64,000 nucleotides of DNA from Promethearchaeota archaeon (GTDB lineage Archaea; Asgardarchaeota; Lokiarchaeia; Sigyniarchaeales; SOKP01), in NCBI GenBank assembly GCA_030603385.1, contig JAUVXW010000014.1:17402-81401 (forward strand). The letters run 5' to 3'. Numbering within the stretch: the stretch's first letter is position 1; every line of letters begins with the position of its first letter. The notes under the pieces were generated by a model. That model saw nothing but the letters and a program-made list of their open reading frames with translations, was not told where the DNA came from and did not search any database. Position numbers and translations under genes: made by a program. Of this stretch, positions 1 to 10,046 are shown piece by piece.

Positions 1-220
1 CATATATAAACACATTCTCTGGGCTTAGGGGATCAACTCCCGCAGGGCATTCGTCCCATAATATTTTACTCGCGAATCCGTAGCCTCCAATCCAGTCTCG
101 GCAAAACTCATTAGATAACGTAGATTTACTAATCTTTCCATCTGTTAGATCTACATCAATTCTAACCTGCGTAAAGCCCGAAATCTTGTCAGGAATAGGT
201 ATTTCTTTAGTTTTACTCAT
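1..220 (-). CDS. Aldehyde:ferredoxin oxidoreductase (W/Mo-pterin AOR family), N-terminal part; runs off the window
   Basis: Not in ORF track. Manual translation from ATG at 220: MSKTKEIPIPDKISGFTQVRIDVDLTDGKISKSTLSNEFCRDWIGGYGFASKILWDECPAGVDPLSPENVFIY, which matches the AOR N-terminal pattern (VDLT...IGG.G...L...DPLSPEN). Confidence 0.8.
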   Translation of the reverse strand, partial: MSKTKEIPIPDKISGFTQVRIDVDLTDGKISKSTLSNEFCRDWIGGYGFASKILWDECPAGVDPLSPENVFIY

Positions 221-437
221 GTTTTTCACTATTATTTATGAGTTATTTTTTGTAGATAATTATGAAAAAATAAAGTATCAAAATTTTAAAGGTTAATTGT
301 TAACTCTAAAAAACACCCTCTTTAAAATGAGAGTAAAATAGAAGAAAAAGTAATAGATTAATATTGAAAAATATGCAAAATAGTATATTTTTTATAATGA
401 TTCTGGAGATAAACCTTCAGTAAAATAATAAATTTGA

Positions 438-3200
438 TTAAATTAAAAAGAGTATTTGTCCTAGAAAGCTTACTATATCAACTACTTTTAATTTTTCTTT
501 TAATTCTCGATGTTCATTTAAATAACAATTTAAGTGAGCTATGCATTTTGGACAAGCGGTAATTAAGTATTCTGCGCCAGTCTCTATAGCCTGATTAATT
601 TTTTTCTCTTGGAGTTTTTTTGAATCTTCACTACAAGAAATATAAGCAGAAACTCCACAACACTCCGCATCTTGCATGGTATCTTCCATTTCGACTAATT
701 CTATAGAGGGAATTTGTTTTAGTACTTCACGCGGAGCATCAAAAACATTATTCATTCTCCCAAGTCTGCAGGGATCGTGATAAGTCACTTTTATTTTGTC
801 TAAACTTGGAAATGATATATCTTCTAATAGTTTTTCTTTTAAAATATACTCAGTAATGTGGTAAATCTCAAAATCAAACTCATCAGTACCCTTAAAAAGA
901 TCCTTGTATTCATGTTTCCAGGTATAATATCCTTCAGCACAACTAAAGATAAGAGTTTTAACTCCTGCTTCTTTAAACAATTTTATATTATATTCAGCTA
1001 ATTTTTTAAAAGTATCTACATCTCCACGCCAAAGACTGTCATGACCACAACACTTTTCTTCGGGTAGTACAACTGGAACAATATCATTTTGATTCAAAAT
1101 ACCTATAACTCTTTTAGGAATTTCTAAGTAATCAGGAGCATTCAGAGATCGCCAATTATCTTGACTCCCATAATCACATATCATAACTCCAGAAGCATCA
1201 AGTGCTTTTTCAAAATCTTCTGGGATCTGATCAGAATTAGAGCAACAATTACAATTTAAGCAACGGTTAGCTTCTTTTTTCGCTTGTTCCTCAGAAAAAC
1301 CTAATTCTATTTCATCAAAACAAACCAGCCTTTCGGAACTGGGCATAAAGTTCATTTCTTGGCATGATTGTGATTGTATATACTTTTTAGGAATAGTAGA
1401 TCGTTTAAGATCATTCTTTCTTATTCTTCCTTCTTTTAAATCAAGCCCTCGGAGATAACGATCAATAGTAAATGCCGCTTCTCTCCCATCTCCAATGGCA
1501 TCAACAGCACACATTAATGAATTATAAATTATATCTCCTCCAGCAAAAACACCAGGAATTCCAGTTTCATATGTCAAATCATCAACTACAATTTTTCCTC
1601 TTTCAATTTTTAATTTTTTATCCGTAGCAGCATTAAGTGGTTCTGGATCAAGTCCCTGACCAATCGCTATTACAATATGATCGACAACGATTTTAAATTC
1701 TGAACCTTTAATTTTATTTAAAGGTCTCCTCCCTGTTTCAGGGTCAGGCTCACCCCATTCAATTTTATAGCAATTCAAAGCTAATTTTCCATCTGGTTCT
1801 TGAGTGATTTTCGCTGTTGATGTCTCAAAATGGTATTCCATTACTTCTCTCTCAGCCTCATGCAAATCCTTAAGTACATTCTTTAAAGCTTCTTCTGTCA
1901 AAATATCGACAAGATCAGCCTTGGTTGCTCCGAGCCGAAGAGCTGTTTCACCAGCATCAACGGCTACTGCTCCACCTCCAATAATTCCAAAAGTTTTGCC
2001 CTTAAATTCTTCTGGATTTTCCACACATTTATATTTTCGCTCTAAAAGAAAATCTATGGCTACATGCACGTTAGGTAAATCTTCACCTTCAAGTCTGAGA
2101 GTTTTGGGTACATACAAGCCGACAGCAATAAAGACAGCTTTAAAATCGTGTTTCCAAATATCTTCTATTGTGAAATTTGGACCAAACTCTTTATTTAAAA
2201 CAATCTCTACTCCCATGCTTTTTATAAAATCTACATCATGGTCAAGAGCCTCATCAGAAAGTCTATATTGTGGAACACCGTATCTTACGACTCCACCGGT
2301 TTTATCCCCTTTCTCGAATATGGTTGGTTTATATCCCATTCTTGCGAGAAAATAAGCAGCAGATAATCCACCTGGTCCAGCACCAATAATAGCAACTTTT
2401 TCTTTAGTTTGCGCCACAGGTTTTATTCTACTTTGATTAGGATGTTCAGTTTCCCAGTCGGAAACAAATCGCTTAAGTTCACGGATAGCAACTGGATCAT
2501 CAAAATGTTCACGATTACAATTTAATGCACATTGAGCAGTACAAATTCGTCCACATAAGTAAGGTAACGGGTTTGTTTCTCTTATTAGATCGATAGATTC
2601 CTGAAATTTGCCTTCTGAAATTAATGAAACGTATCCTTGGACATCAACTCCTGCAGGACATCCTACAACACAAGGTGCTGTACCTGTTAAGAAAGGTACG
2701 CATCCCATAAAGTAGCCAATTTCTCCTTTATCCGTTGTTTTTAATCCTGTTCCTTCTAAAAATCCAGTTTTATTAGTAAATTTGATTTTATCATCAGCCA
2801 TTAATTTAGGTAAACTTGAGTATACTCTTTCATGATTACAGCTCAATAAAGTCTCTTTTAATGGTTCATATTCTGAAGCCAACGAACGAAGATCTTTAAT
2901 AATTTTAGTAAAATTGACGCCTACATCTTCCTTAGTCATTGGACAATATACTGAACACAATCCACATGTTAAGCATTTCCATATGTCATTGTTTTCTAAA
3001 GCCTCTTCGGGTGTTGAAAAAGTAAGATCCATAATTAGGCTACGTGGGTAAAATATATCAAGATAAGCAGTTGGACATACATTGTTACAACGATTACATG
3101 AGTAACAATAATTAGCAGCAGTATTTACTCTTTTGAGCAACTTTATTGACTCTGCACTCGTGATTTTTTCATCAGCTACTTTATTATCAGATTCAGTCAT
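438..3200 (-). CDS. HdrC/HdrD-like Fe-S oxidoreductase with an inserted GltD/SudA-like FAD/NAD(P) module
   Basis: CxxCxxCxxxCP twice at the N-terminus; GYFMGC; APC..GCP and NPLPYLCGRIC; IIGAGPGG; IIGGGAVAVD; FAGGD; EANRCLNC; then EKCCGH, VTYHDPCRLGR, ECCG, TACPKC (two CCG domains). Confidence 0.85.
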   Translation of the reverse strand: MTESDNKVADEKITSAESIKLLKRVNTAANYCYSCNRCNNVCPTAYLDIFYPRSLIMDLTFSTPEEALENNDIWKCLTCGLCSVYCPMTKEDVGVNFTKIIKDLRSLASEYEPLKETLLSCNHERVYSSLPKLMADDKIKFTNKTGFLEGTGLKTTDKGEIGYFMGCVPFLTGTAPCVVGCPAGVDVQGYVSLISEGKFQESIDLIRETNPLPYLCGRICTAQCALNCNREHFDDPVAIRELKRFVSDWETEHPNQSRIKPVAQTKEKVAIIGAGPGGLSAAYFLARMGYKPTIFEKGDKTGGVVRYGVPQYRLSDEALDHDVDFIKSMGVEIVLNKEFGPNFTIEDIWKHDFKAVFIAVGLYVPKTLRLEGEDLPNVHVAIDFLLERKYKCVENPEEFKGKTFGIIGGGAVAVDAGETALRLGATKADLVDILTEEALKNVLKDLHEAEREVMEYHFETSTAKITQEPDGKLALNCYKIEWGEPDPETGRRPLNKIKGSEFKIVVDHIVIAIGQGLDPEPLNAATDKKLKIERGKIVVDDLTYETGIPGVFAGGDIIYNSLMCAVDAIGDGREAAFTIDRYLRGLDLKEGRIRKNDLKRSTIPKKYIQSQSCQEMNFMPSSERLVCFDEIELGFSEEQAKKEANRCLNCNCCSNSDQIPEDFEKALDASGVMICDYGSQDNWRSLNAPDYLEIPKRVIGILNQNDIVPVVLPEEKCCGHDSLWRGDVDTFKKLAEYNIKLFKEAGVKTLIFSCAEGYYTWKHEYKDLFKGTDEFDFEIYHITEYILKEKLLEDISFPSLDKIKVTYHDPCRLGRMNNVFDAPREVLKQIPSIELVEMEDTMQDAECCGVSAYISCSEDSKKLQEKKINQAIETGAEYLITACPKCIAHLNCYLNEHRELKEKLKVVDIVSFLGQILFLI

Positions 3201-3294
3201 TTTACATCGTAAAAAATAAGTAATTTACTGTCTATTAAAAATGGTGTTTTTATTTTGAATCTAACTATTATAATTTGATTATGAAAAATTTATA

Positions 3295-4164
3295 TTAGTT
3301 ATTCTTAGGATTACCCTGAGGACAAATTTTTAGACAGTATGAACAATAGTTATTATTTATAAGACTTTCGATACATTTAGAGCGGTCAATATGTGTTATT
3401 ACGGGAGAATCATCATGATAAATTGGTGTTTCATAGGCAGCACCTCCCTTACAACCCCTAATGCAAGCACCACATTCTTTACAATAATCTTCCAACCATT
3501 TCAAATCTTTTTTAATTGGAGTGGGTATTTCAGCATCAGTAGATATAATAGCCCATCTTTGACGAGGTCCAAACTCAGGTGTGATTACAAGGCCATTTCT
3601 TCCCTTAATTCCTAGTCGCGCGGCAACAGCGTGAGGTGGGAATAAAAATTTACCCCCAAAAGGATGATGAGCTTCACTCTTATATCCAAGTTCTTTTAGA
3701 TATTCTGTTAATTGAATAGTTATTTCTCCTAATTCATAATATACCCGAAAAGCTTCAATGCTACAATTAATGCTTGGAGCAGTTTTTATTTCATCCCACT
3801 CCATTTCCATTCCAAGTATGATCGCATTTCTTCCAAATACTTTAAGGTTATAAAAAACAAAATCTTCAATAATAGGAGTATATCCGATAAGATCAACCCC
3901 TAACTCTTTTGATTTCTTTTCAAAATTCTGCCAAAATTCAGAGGTTGTTTCTGTTTTATTATTATTTTCATTTCCATATTTAGTCTTTCTAGCCTCTTGA
4001 AAACCATTAAAAGTATCCTGAATATATTTACTATATTTCTTAGAAATTTCACGATCTATTTTATCATCAGACTGTAATTTCATTCTAAAGAGTTCTGTTG
4101 GTACTATAAACTTTAAGCTCTCATTCTTACCAATATAAGTTGGTTCTATCCCTAATTCCGACAT
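3295..4164 (-). CDS. Reductive dehalogenase/QueG-superfamily cobalamin and 2x[4Fe-4S] protein
   Basis: LG..GRNGLVITPEFGPRQR...STD motif followed by CKECGACIRGC and C...CSYCLKICP. Confidence 0.7.
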   Translation of the reverse strand: MSELGIEPTYIGKNESLKFIVPTELFRMKLQSDDKIDREISKKYSKYIQDTFNGFQEARKTKYGNENNNKTETTSEFWQNFEKKSKELGVDLIGYTPIIEDFVFYNLKVFGRNAIILGMEMEWDEIKTAPSINCSIEAFRVYYELGEITIQLTEYLKELGYKSEAHHPFGGKFLFPPHAVAARLGIKGRNGLVITPEFGPRQRWAIISTDAEIPTPIKKDLKWLEDYCKECGACIRGCKGGAAYETPIYHDDSPVITHIDRSKCIESLINNNYCSYCLKICPQGNPKNN

Positions 4165-4234
4165 TTCTTAATCAGTTTTAATTTAAAATACTAAAATTTT
4201 TACTTCTTCTCATACTAAATACAATATAAAGATA

Positions 4235-7200
4235 ATGGTTTCAAAGATAAAAGCACTTAAATATAATTGTCCATTCTGTGGAAAGGAATTAGAATCAAGA
4301 TTTTCCAAATGTTTCAATGTATATTGCCAAGGGCAGAAGTTCAATTTAGGAAATTTAGTGATTTATAGGCTAAATCCAGACTTAGGATTAGGCAAGGTTA
4401 TCAAAATAATAGAAATCCCTACTTCAAAGTCTTTAGATGATGAAGACACTCAAATTCTTACCAAATATAAAGTGCTCTTTAAAAATAATATTATTAAAAT
4501 AATCCATCCTATTGATTTGATTCATTTTGTTTTCGATATCAATGAAAAAATTGAAAGTAAACAAGGTATTGGCATAATAAATTCAAAAGATTTTATGGTT
4601 AAAGATGGATCAATATCATATGAATTTCTAAAAGAAGATGGTAAAAAAACTCAAATTTACGAGAATGAAATTTATGCTAAATACGCTACACCGATAGAGA
4701 CTCTAATATTAAAACAGAGAATTGATCCCCCACGAAATTTTTTGCTCAAATATTGGGCTCATTTGTTTTATTCTTATTATACGTCTTATCAAATCAAATG
4801 TATTATTAATTCTCGTTTATCTTTAATGCCACATCAAATAAATGTTACACATCGTTTAGCCGAGGAGCATTTTCCTAGAATTATTCTAGCGGATGAAGTA
4901 GGATTAGGAAAAACAATAGAAGCTGGAATATACATTAAGGAAATGATGGCTCGGAATCTTTCTGAGAGAATATTAATTATAGTTCCAGCATCGTTAGTTT
5001 GGCAATGGAAATTCGAACTTGAAAACAAATTTAACTTAAATTTTACTATTTATGATGGTAAAAAAATAAAAGAATTAAAACGTAGAGGGTATTTTAAGAG
5101 TGCATATTTACTTCAAAATCCATTTTATTATAATAATTTAATTATCTGTTCACTTCAATTTACACGAAATAGAAAATATATCGAGTTATTATCAAAAATT
5201 TCATGGGATATTGTAATTTTTGATGAAGCACATCATTTACGACGTTATCTGATAAATGCTGCTACAGGAAGATATAGAGAAACGTTAAATTATGAGTTAG
5301 CTCGAAATTTAAGCACGAGTTCTGAAAGTATGCTTTTATTAACCGCGACACCATTACAACTCAATTCATTTGAACTTTATTCTTTAATTGAGCTTATACA
5401 TCCTGAAATTTTTACTTCATTTAGTGAATTTGAGCATTTTAGAAAAAACTTACAATTTATTAATCTTCTATTTACAAACATAAATCAAATTGATAAGTTA
5501 AATAATTTTGAAGTCAAAAATACTCTAAAATTGTTGCGAAAACTAAGATATATAAATGAGAATAAAACAAATGAGCAAGTTTTATCAGAACTAGGCGATG
5601 AGTCATTCAAACAAAAATTATTTAGAAAAATTGAAGAAGATCATACTTTATCGAAACTAATTATCAGAAATAGAAAGAAGAATGTTTTTACAGAAGAATT
5701 TCAGAACAAAAGGATTGTTAATACTATTATAGTTAACCCAACAAAGGAAGAGTTAGAGGTTTATAATGAAATTCGGTTATACCTTGCCCAAATCTATAAT
5801 TCATCTATTAGTCGGGAAAATGCGGGTTTAGGATTTGTAATAACTACTCTTCAGAAGTTATTAACAAGCTCGAAGTATGCAATTCTTAAGAGCCTTGAGC
5901 GAAGATTAGAACAGATTTCTCGTTATAAAGATATTTTTCTTAACTTAGATGTTATAAAAGAGGAAGATCCTGAATTTTTCGAACTAGAACTGGAAGAAGA
6001 ATTCCTTGATTCCGAATCATTCGATAACCTTAAAGAAAAATTAACAGAAAAACAAATTGAAGAAAGTCTTAAGATATCTAATCAAGAAAAGATTTTAAAG
6101 GAGTTTTACATAAAATTAAAGAAAATTCCATATGATTCAAAATCTGATAAATTAATTGAAATCCTTGATCAGATATATTCTCACAATTCTAATGAAAAAG
6201 TTATAGTATTTACGCAATTTGTTGATACGCTTAAATTTTTAAAAGAGTTAATAGTAGAAAAACAAGAAAATAGCTATTTTGTAGAAATTTTTTATGGTGG
6301 ATTAGACAAACAACAAAAAAATGAAGCGGTTGAGAGATTCCGTAATCATCAAGGATTTTCAGTATTACTCTCGACGGAAATAGGAGGTGAAGGTCGTAAT
6401 TTTCAATTCTGTAGAACACTTATTAATTATGATTTACCATGGAATCCAATGAAACTTGAACAAAGAATTGGTCGTGTTGATAGAATTGGACAGGAATCAC
6501 GAGAAATTTATATTTATAACTTTTATATGGAAGGTACTGTTGAGACGGATGTAATTTATGCTTTAATTAAAAGAATTAACTTATTTGAAGAATCAATAGG
6601 AATTTTAGAGCCAATCATAGGAAAAGTTGAGAAAGACCTTAAAAACGTTATTTTTGCTGAAGATGATGGTAAGAAGAGGAAAAAACTTAATAAATTTTAT
6701 CGTACTCTAGATGAAGAGATAAAAAAAGCAAAAGAAATTGAGATGCAATTAGACGATTTAATGATCGATAAAAAATCATTCCAAATGGAAGGACATCTCA
6801 GCTCTTTAGCCTCTTGTATCGATGTGAAGTTAACACATAATGAACTATTTCTCCTTATGAACCATTTTTTAAATCTCGATAATAATAAATACGGATTCAT
6901 AGAAAATATTAAAACGGATTTAGTTCAAACGAAAGAATTGGATGACGTTATGTCAAAGATAAAAATCAATGATATTTTATTAAAAAGTCCTAAATACAAA
7001 CTTTCAAATGAATATACTGGTACCTTTAATTTAGAATTTGCAAGAGAAAGAGAAGAAATTGATTTTTTTGCCTTAGGTCATCCATTAATTAATGCTGTTT
7101 TAGATCTCTGTAGAGATGATTCGTTTAAAGGTACCTACACCATACTTGAAATAAGAAAACAGAATTTACCAATACATTTTAAATTAGAATCACCCCTAAT

Positions 7201-7846
7201 AAAGGAATTATTTCTCTTTATCTTCATCGTCAAATTCCAAGGATATATAATTGAAAGTCAGATCTTACCTGTAATTGTAGACAAAAACGAAAATGAAATG
7301 AAGAATTTAGATAGTTTTGTGTTAGACATAGAAAACTATGATAAAATATTTCAATTCGATAATGAGAGAGACGAGATGAATCTGGATGGCAATTTTATTA
7401 TTACTCTCCAAGAAAAAGCTAAAAAGCTCATAAAATCTAAGACATCAATTTGGAAAAGGGAAGTTAGGAAATTAAATGAAAATTTATTTACAAAAGAATG
7501 GGATAAGAAAAGGAAAATCTATGAGCAAAATAAGAGTGGTTTAAATTTAAAATTAGGATCGTTGAAATTAAGATTAGAAAGAAAAGAAAAAAATAGACCA
7601 ACACAACGGCAATTACAAAATATAAATAACTTGAAGGATGAAACAAGGAAACAGAAAAGGTTACAGGATATGCAGAATTTAGAAGAAGAAATCAAGTTTA
7701 TTGAAAAAGATATAAAGATTATAGAAAAGAAATTAGATGATATCGCTTTTGAACATGAAGATTTAACTAATGATATGAAGAGGCGTAATTTAGCTAAGTT
7801 CTATACAAACTTACTATCACTTGCAATTATTAGAATCATTGATTAA
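4235..7846 (+). CDS. SNF2-family helicase, RapA/HepA-like, with N-terminal Cys4 Zn finger and C-terminal coiled coil
   Basis: LMPHQ, LADEVGLGKTIEAG, FDEAHH, LLLTATP, STEIGGEGRNFQ, NYDLPWNPMKLEQRIGRVDRIGQ; N-terminal CPFC...C...C and PDLGLGKV. Confidence 0.85.
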   Translation: MVSKIKALKYNCPFCGKELESRFSKCFNVYCQGQKFNLGNLVIYRLNPDLGLGKVIKIIEIPTSKSLDDEDTQILTKYKVLFKNNIIKIIHPIDLIHFVFDINEKIESKQGIGIINSKDFMVKDGSISYEFLKEDGKKTQIYENEIYAKYATPIETLILKQRIDPPRNFLLKYWAHLFYSYYTSYQIKCIINSRLSLMPHQINVTHRLAEEHFPRIILADEVGLGKTIEAGIYIKEMMARNLSERILIIVPASLVWQWKFELENKFNLNFTIYDGKKIKELKRRGYFKSAYLLQNPFYYNNLIICSLQFTRNRKYIELLSKISWDIVIFDEAHHLRRYLINAATGRYRETLNYELARNLSTSSESMLLLTATPLQLNSFELYSLIELIHPEIFTSFSEFEHFRKNLQFINLLFTNINQIDKLNNFEVKNTLKLLRKLRYINENKTNEQVLSELGDESFKQKLFRKIEEDHTLSKLIIRNRKKNVFTEEFQNKRIVNTIIVNPTKEELEVYNEIRLYLAQIYNSSISRENAGLGFVITTLQKLLTSSKYAILKSLERRLEQISRYKDIFLNLDVIKEEDPEFFELELEEEFLDSESFDNLKEKLTEKQIEESLKISNQEKILKEFYIKLKKIPYDSKSDKLIEILDQIYSHNSNEKVIVFTQFVDTLKFLKELIVEKQENSYFVEIFYGGLDKQQKNEAVERFRNHQGFSVLLSTEIGGEGRNFQFCRTLINYDLPWNPMKLEQRIGRVDRIGQESREIYIYNFYMEGTVETDVIYALIKRINLFEESIGILEPIIGKVEKDLKNVIFAEDDGKKRKKLNKFYRTLDEEIKKAKEIEMQLDDLMIDKKSFQMEGHLSSLASCIDVKLTHNELFLLMNHFLNLDNNKYGFIENIKTDLVQTKELDDVMSKIKINDILLKSPKYKLSNEYTGTFNLEFAREREEIDFFALGHPLINAVLDLCRDDSFKGTYTILEIRKQNLPIHFKLESPLIKELFLFIFIVKFQGYIIESQILPVIVDKNENEMKNLDSFVLDIENYDKIFQFDNERDEMNLDGNFIITLQEKAKKLIKSKTSIWKREVRKLNENLFTKEWDKKRKIYEQNKSGLNLKLGSLKLRLERKEKNRPTQRQLQNINNLKDETRKQKRLQDMQNLEEEIKFIEKDIKIIEKKLDDIAFEHEDLTNDMKRRNLAKFYTNLLSLAIIRIID

Positions 7847-7875
7847 TTAATGAGTCGAAAGAGAATTATAAGATC

Positions 7876-8412
7876 TTACTCGAGTTTCTGATTTTTTATC
7901 ATTCTGTGAGTAAGATTTAGAAATGCACCTTCGACATTTTCGCCTGTTTTAGCTGAGGTTTCTACAAAATATGTATTTTCACTTTTCGCATATTCTTCAA
8001 CACCCTCTTTGTCGTATTCTCCGAAAACATCTTTAATGAGATCAACTTTATTTCCTATCAATATAAAAGGAACACCTTCTCCAGCAAATTCTCGTAAATC
8101 AGAAACCCAATCATTTAATTCTTCATATGTATGCCATCTTGAAATATCGAAAACTACTAATGCCCCATTAGCTCCATTAAAAAAGCTTGATCTTAAAAAT
8201 TTATATCTTTCTTGCCCCCCAATATCCCATATCTGTAATTTGCAAGTTGTATCGGGATTTGGGTATCCTTCAATTACTTTAGATAAAAAATCAGCTCCAA
8301 TTGTAAGCTTGTATCTAAAATTAAACTTATTTTCTACAAATCTATGTAAAAGACTTGTTTTTCCTACAGCACCACCACCAATAATTATTACTTTGAAAAC
8401 AAATAACGGCAT
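7876..8412 (-). CDS. Rab-like small GTPase (Ras superfamily, eukaryotic signature protein)
   Basis: G1 GGGAVGKTS, TIGADF, KLQIWDIGGQERY, NKVD, ETSAK; no C-terminal Cys. Confidence 0.92.
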   Translation of the reverse strand: MPLFVFKVIIIGGGAVGKTSLLHRFVENKFNFRYKLTIGADFLSKVIEGYPNPDTTCKLQIWDIGGQERYKFLRSSFFNGANGALVVFDISRWHTYEELNDWVSDLREFAGEGVPFILIGNKVDLIKDVFGEYDKEGVEEYAKSENTYFVETSAKTGENVEGAFLNLTHRMIKNQKLE

Positions 8413-8560
8413 TAAAACAACTTTTACTAATTTTTACGATTCTAATAAATAATCTCCATCAGATATTTAAACATTTTCATAAACGATTCATTTAAATAAG
8501 AACGACAAAAAGCATTTATGATTCTTTAGGGGGTAGATTCCATCTTTTTCTACAAATTTG

Positions 8561-9088
8561 TTAAGAGTTTTGCTTTAACATTCGCCGAGTTAGTTCAATA
8601 AAAGCATTCTCAACATTATCGCCTGTTTTAGCAGAAGTTTCAATATAAATACTTTCTTCATTTTCAGCAAACTTCTTAGGTTTGTCCCTATTGATTACTT
8701 CACCGACTTCAGGGAGTAAATCAGATTTATTCCCCAATATTATAATGGGAATCTTTTCTTCAAGTATACTACGCATATCTATAAGCCATTCTTTCATTTT
8801 GGGAAATGTATTTGCTCTTGAAAGGTCAAAAACTAATAGTGCTCCATGGGCTCCTTCATAAAAACTACGACGTAGGATTTTGAAACGTTCTTGGCCACCC
8901 ACATCCCAAATAGAAAGTTTTGCGATTTTATCTTTTTCAAATTTTACTGTTTTAGCTAAAAAGTCTACACCTATAGTGAATTTATAACTTGTTGAGAATT
9001 GATCCTCTACGAATCTTCTGATGAGACTAGTTTTGCCAACCGCGGAAGGACCTATTATTAAACACTTAAATGTAAAATCCGCAGTCAT
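8561..9088 (-). CDS. Rab-like small GTPase (second tandem paralog)
   Basis: GPSAVGKTS, TIGVDF, KLSIWDVGGQERF, NKSD, ETSAK; likely start ATG 9088 (ORF track extends to 9133). Confidence 0.92.
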   Translation of the reverse strand: MTADFTFKCLIIGPSAVGKTSLIRRFVEDQFSTSYKFTIGVDFLAKTVKFEKDKIAKLSIWDVGGQERFKILRRSFYEGAHGALLVFDLSRANTFPKMKEWLIDMRSILEEKIPIIILGNKSDLLPEVGEVINRDKPKKFAENEESIYIETSAKTGDNVENAFIELTRRMLKQNS

Positions 9089-9151
9089 TATTAGATGAGT
9101 TTGATTTTTTTTAAAAATTAAATTATAAAACAATAATTGGTTGTTTCTTTA

Positions 9152-9964
9152 TTAAATCTTTATTAAATTGTACTTTTTACCAAATTTCTTAAATAATTTG
9201 GTTCCACCCCCCTCTTGCAAAATTCTCAATGTTGACTTTGAATCAGTGATTTCCATTCCACCGACAATGTCTACACCATAATCAAACAAAATATCTGGTA
9301 GCATGCCTACAGATGGTCCCATTACTATAGTTTTTCGAGCCTTTTTTCTGAAAAGATTTAAAATTTTTTCAATAGTATTATTTATTAAAGAAGTACCGGT
9401 ACAAAATAGAATATCAGTAGAAATTTCCTCTTTCTCTAATTCATCTATATTTGTTCGAAAATTAAATTCGCTGAATTCTTTTGGGGTTGAAATTGTATCT
9501 TCCACTAAAGTAATGTTTAATGTCTTTTTTCTTAATTTTTGAATAAGAGGTTTCATTAATCCAATAATAGTAATACTCGTATCCTGATTAATCTCTAAAA
9601 ATTCAAAAGGATCTCCTATTAACTTGGAGTAAGAATTCTTTATTTTTAAAATATGTTGAGACACAGCATTTACAGTAGCAATTCCAATAATCTTTTTTAA
9701 GCTTGGTGTTAGGTAAGACCACTCTAATAATTCTAATAGTTTTTTGTTGGTGAGGTTTCCAGCAAAGTTGATTTTGCTACAATCAACACTATTAATTAGG
9801 CTTGGTAGGGTAGAAGCTAATCCTAAAATTGGTTCTAAACCATAAGCAGAAACTTCTACCCCTGTATAGCCTAAGCCTATTACAACTTTACTAACTTTTG
9901 GAGATACTATTTCATGAACTTTATAGATTTGCTTAATGAACTCAACAGTTTTTTCAAGAATCAT
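9152..9964 (-). CDS. DUF364 / Rossmann-like putative metal-chelation protein
   Basis: IGIATVNAVSQ, TGTSLINNTIE, MGPS...LFDYGVDIVGG, GGG patterns typical of DUF364. Confidence 0.7.
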   Translation of the reverse strand: MILEKTVEFIKQIYKVHEIVSPKVSKVVIGLGYTGVEVSAYGLEPILGLASTLPSLINSVDCSKINFAGNLTNKKLLELLEWSYLTPSLKKIIGIATVNAVSQHILKIKNSYSKLIGDPFEFLEINQDTSITIIGLMKPLIQKLRKKTLNITLVEDTISTPKEFSEFNFRTNIDELEKEEISTDILFCTGTSLINNTIEKILNLFRKKARKTIVMGPSVGMLPDILFDYGVDIVGGMEITDSKSTLRILQEGGGTKLFKKFGKKYNLIKI

Positions 9965-10046
9965 TTATTCAAATATATATCAAGATCGTTTAAATAATAA
10001 AATTGCTTAATTTCAATTAAAAATTTATTTTGATTGTGAGATTGAT

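Noticed and set aside
1804-2355. 183-aa + strand ORF and the many other short antisense or overlapping ORFs in the track (e.g. 8009-8452, 44363-44719, 38490-38801)
   Set aside because: They are shadows of well-supported genes on the opposite strand or frame and have no motifs.
4235-7846. DISARM/BREX-type defence system
   Set aside because: No methylase, DUF1998, PLD or pgl genes lie near the SNF2 helicase.
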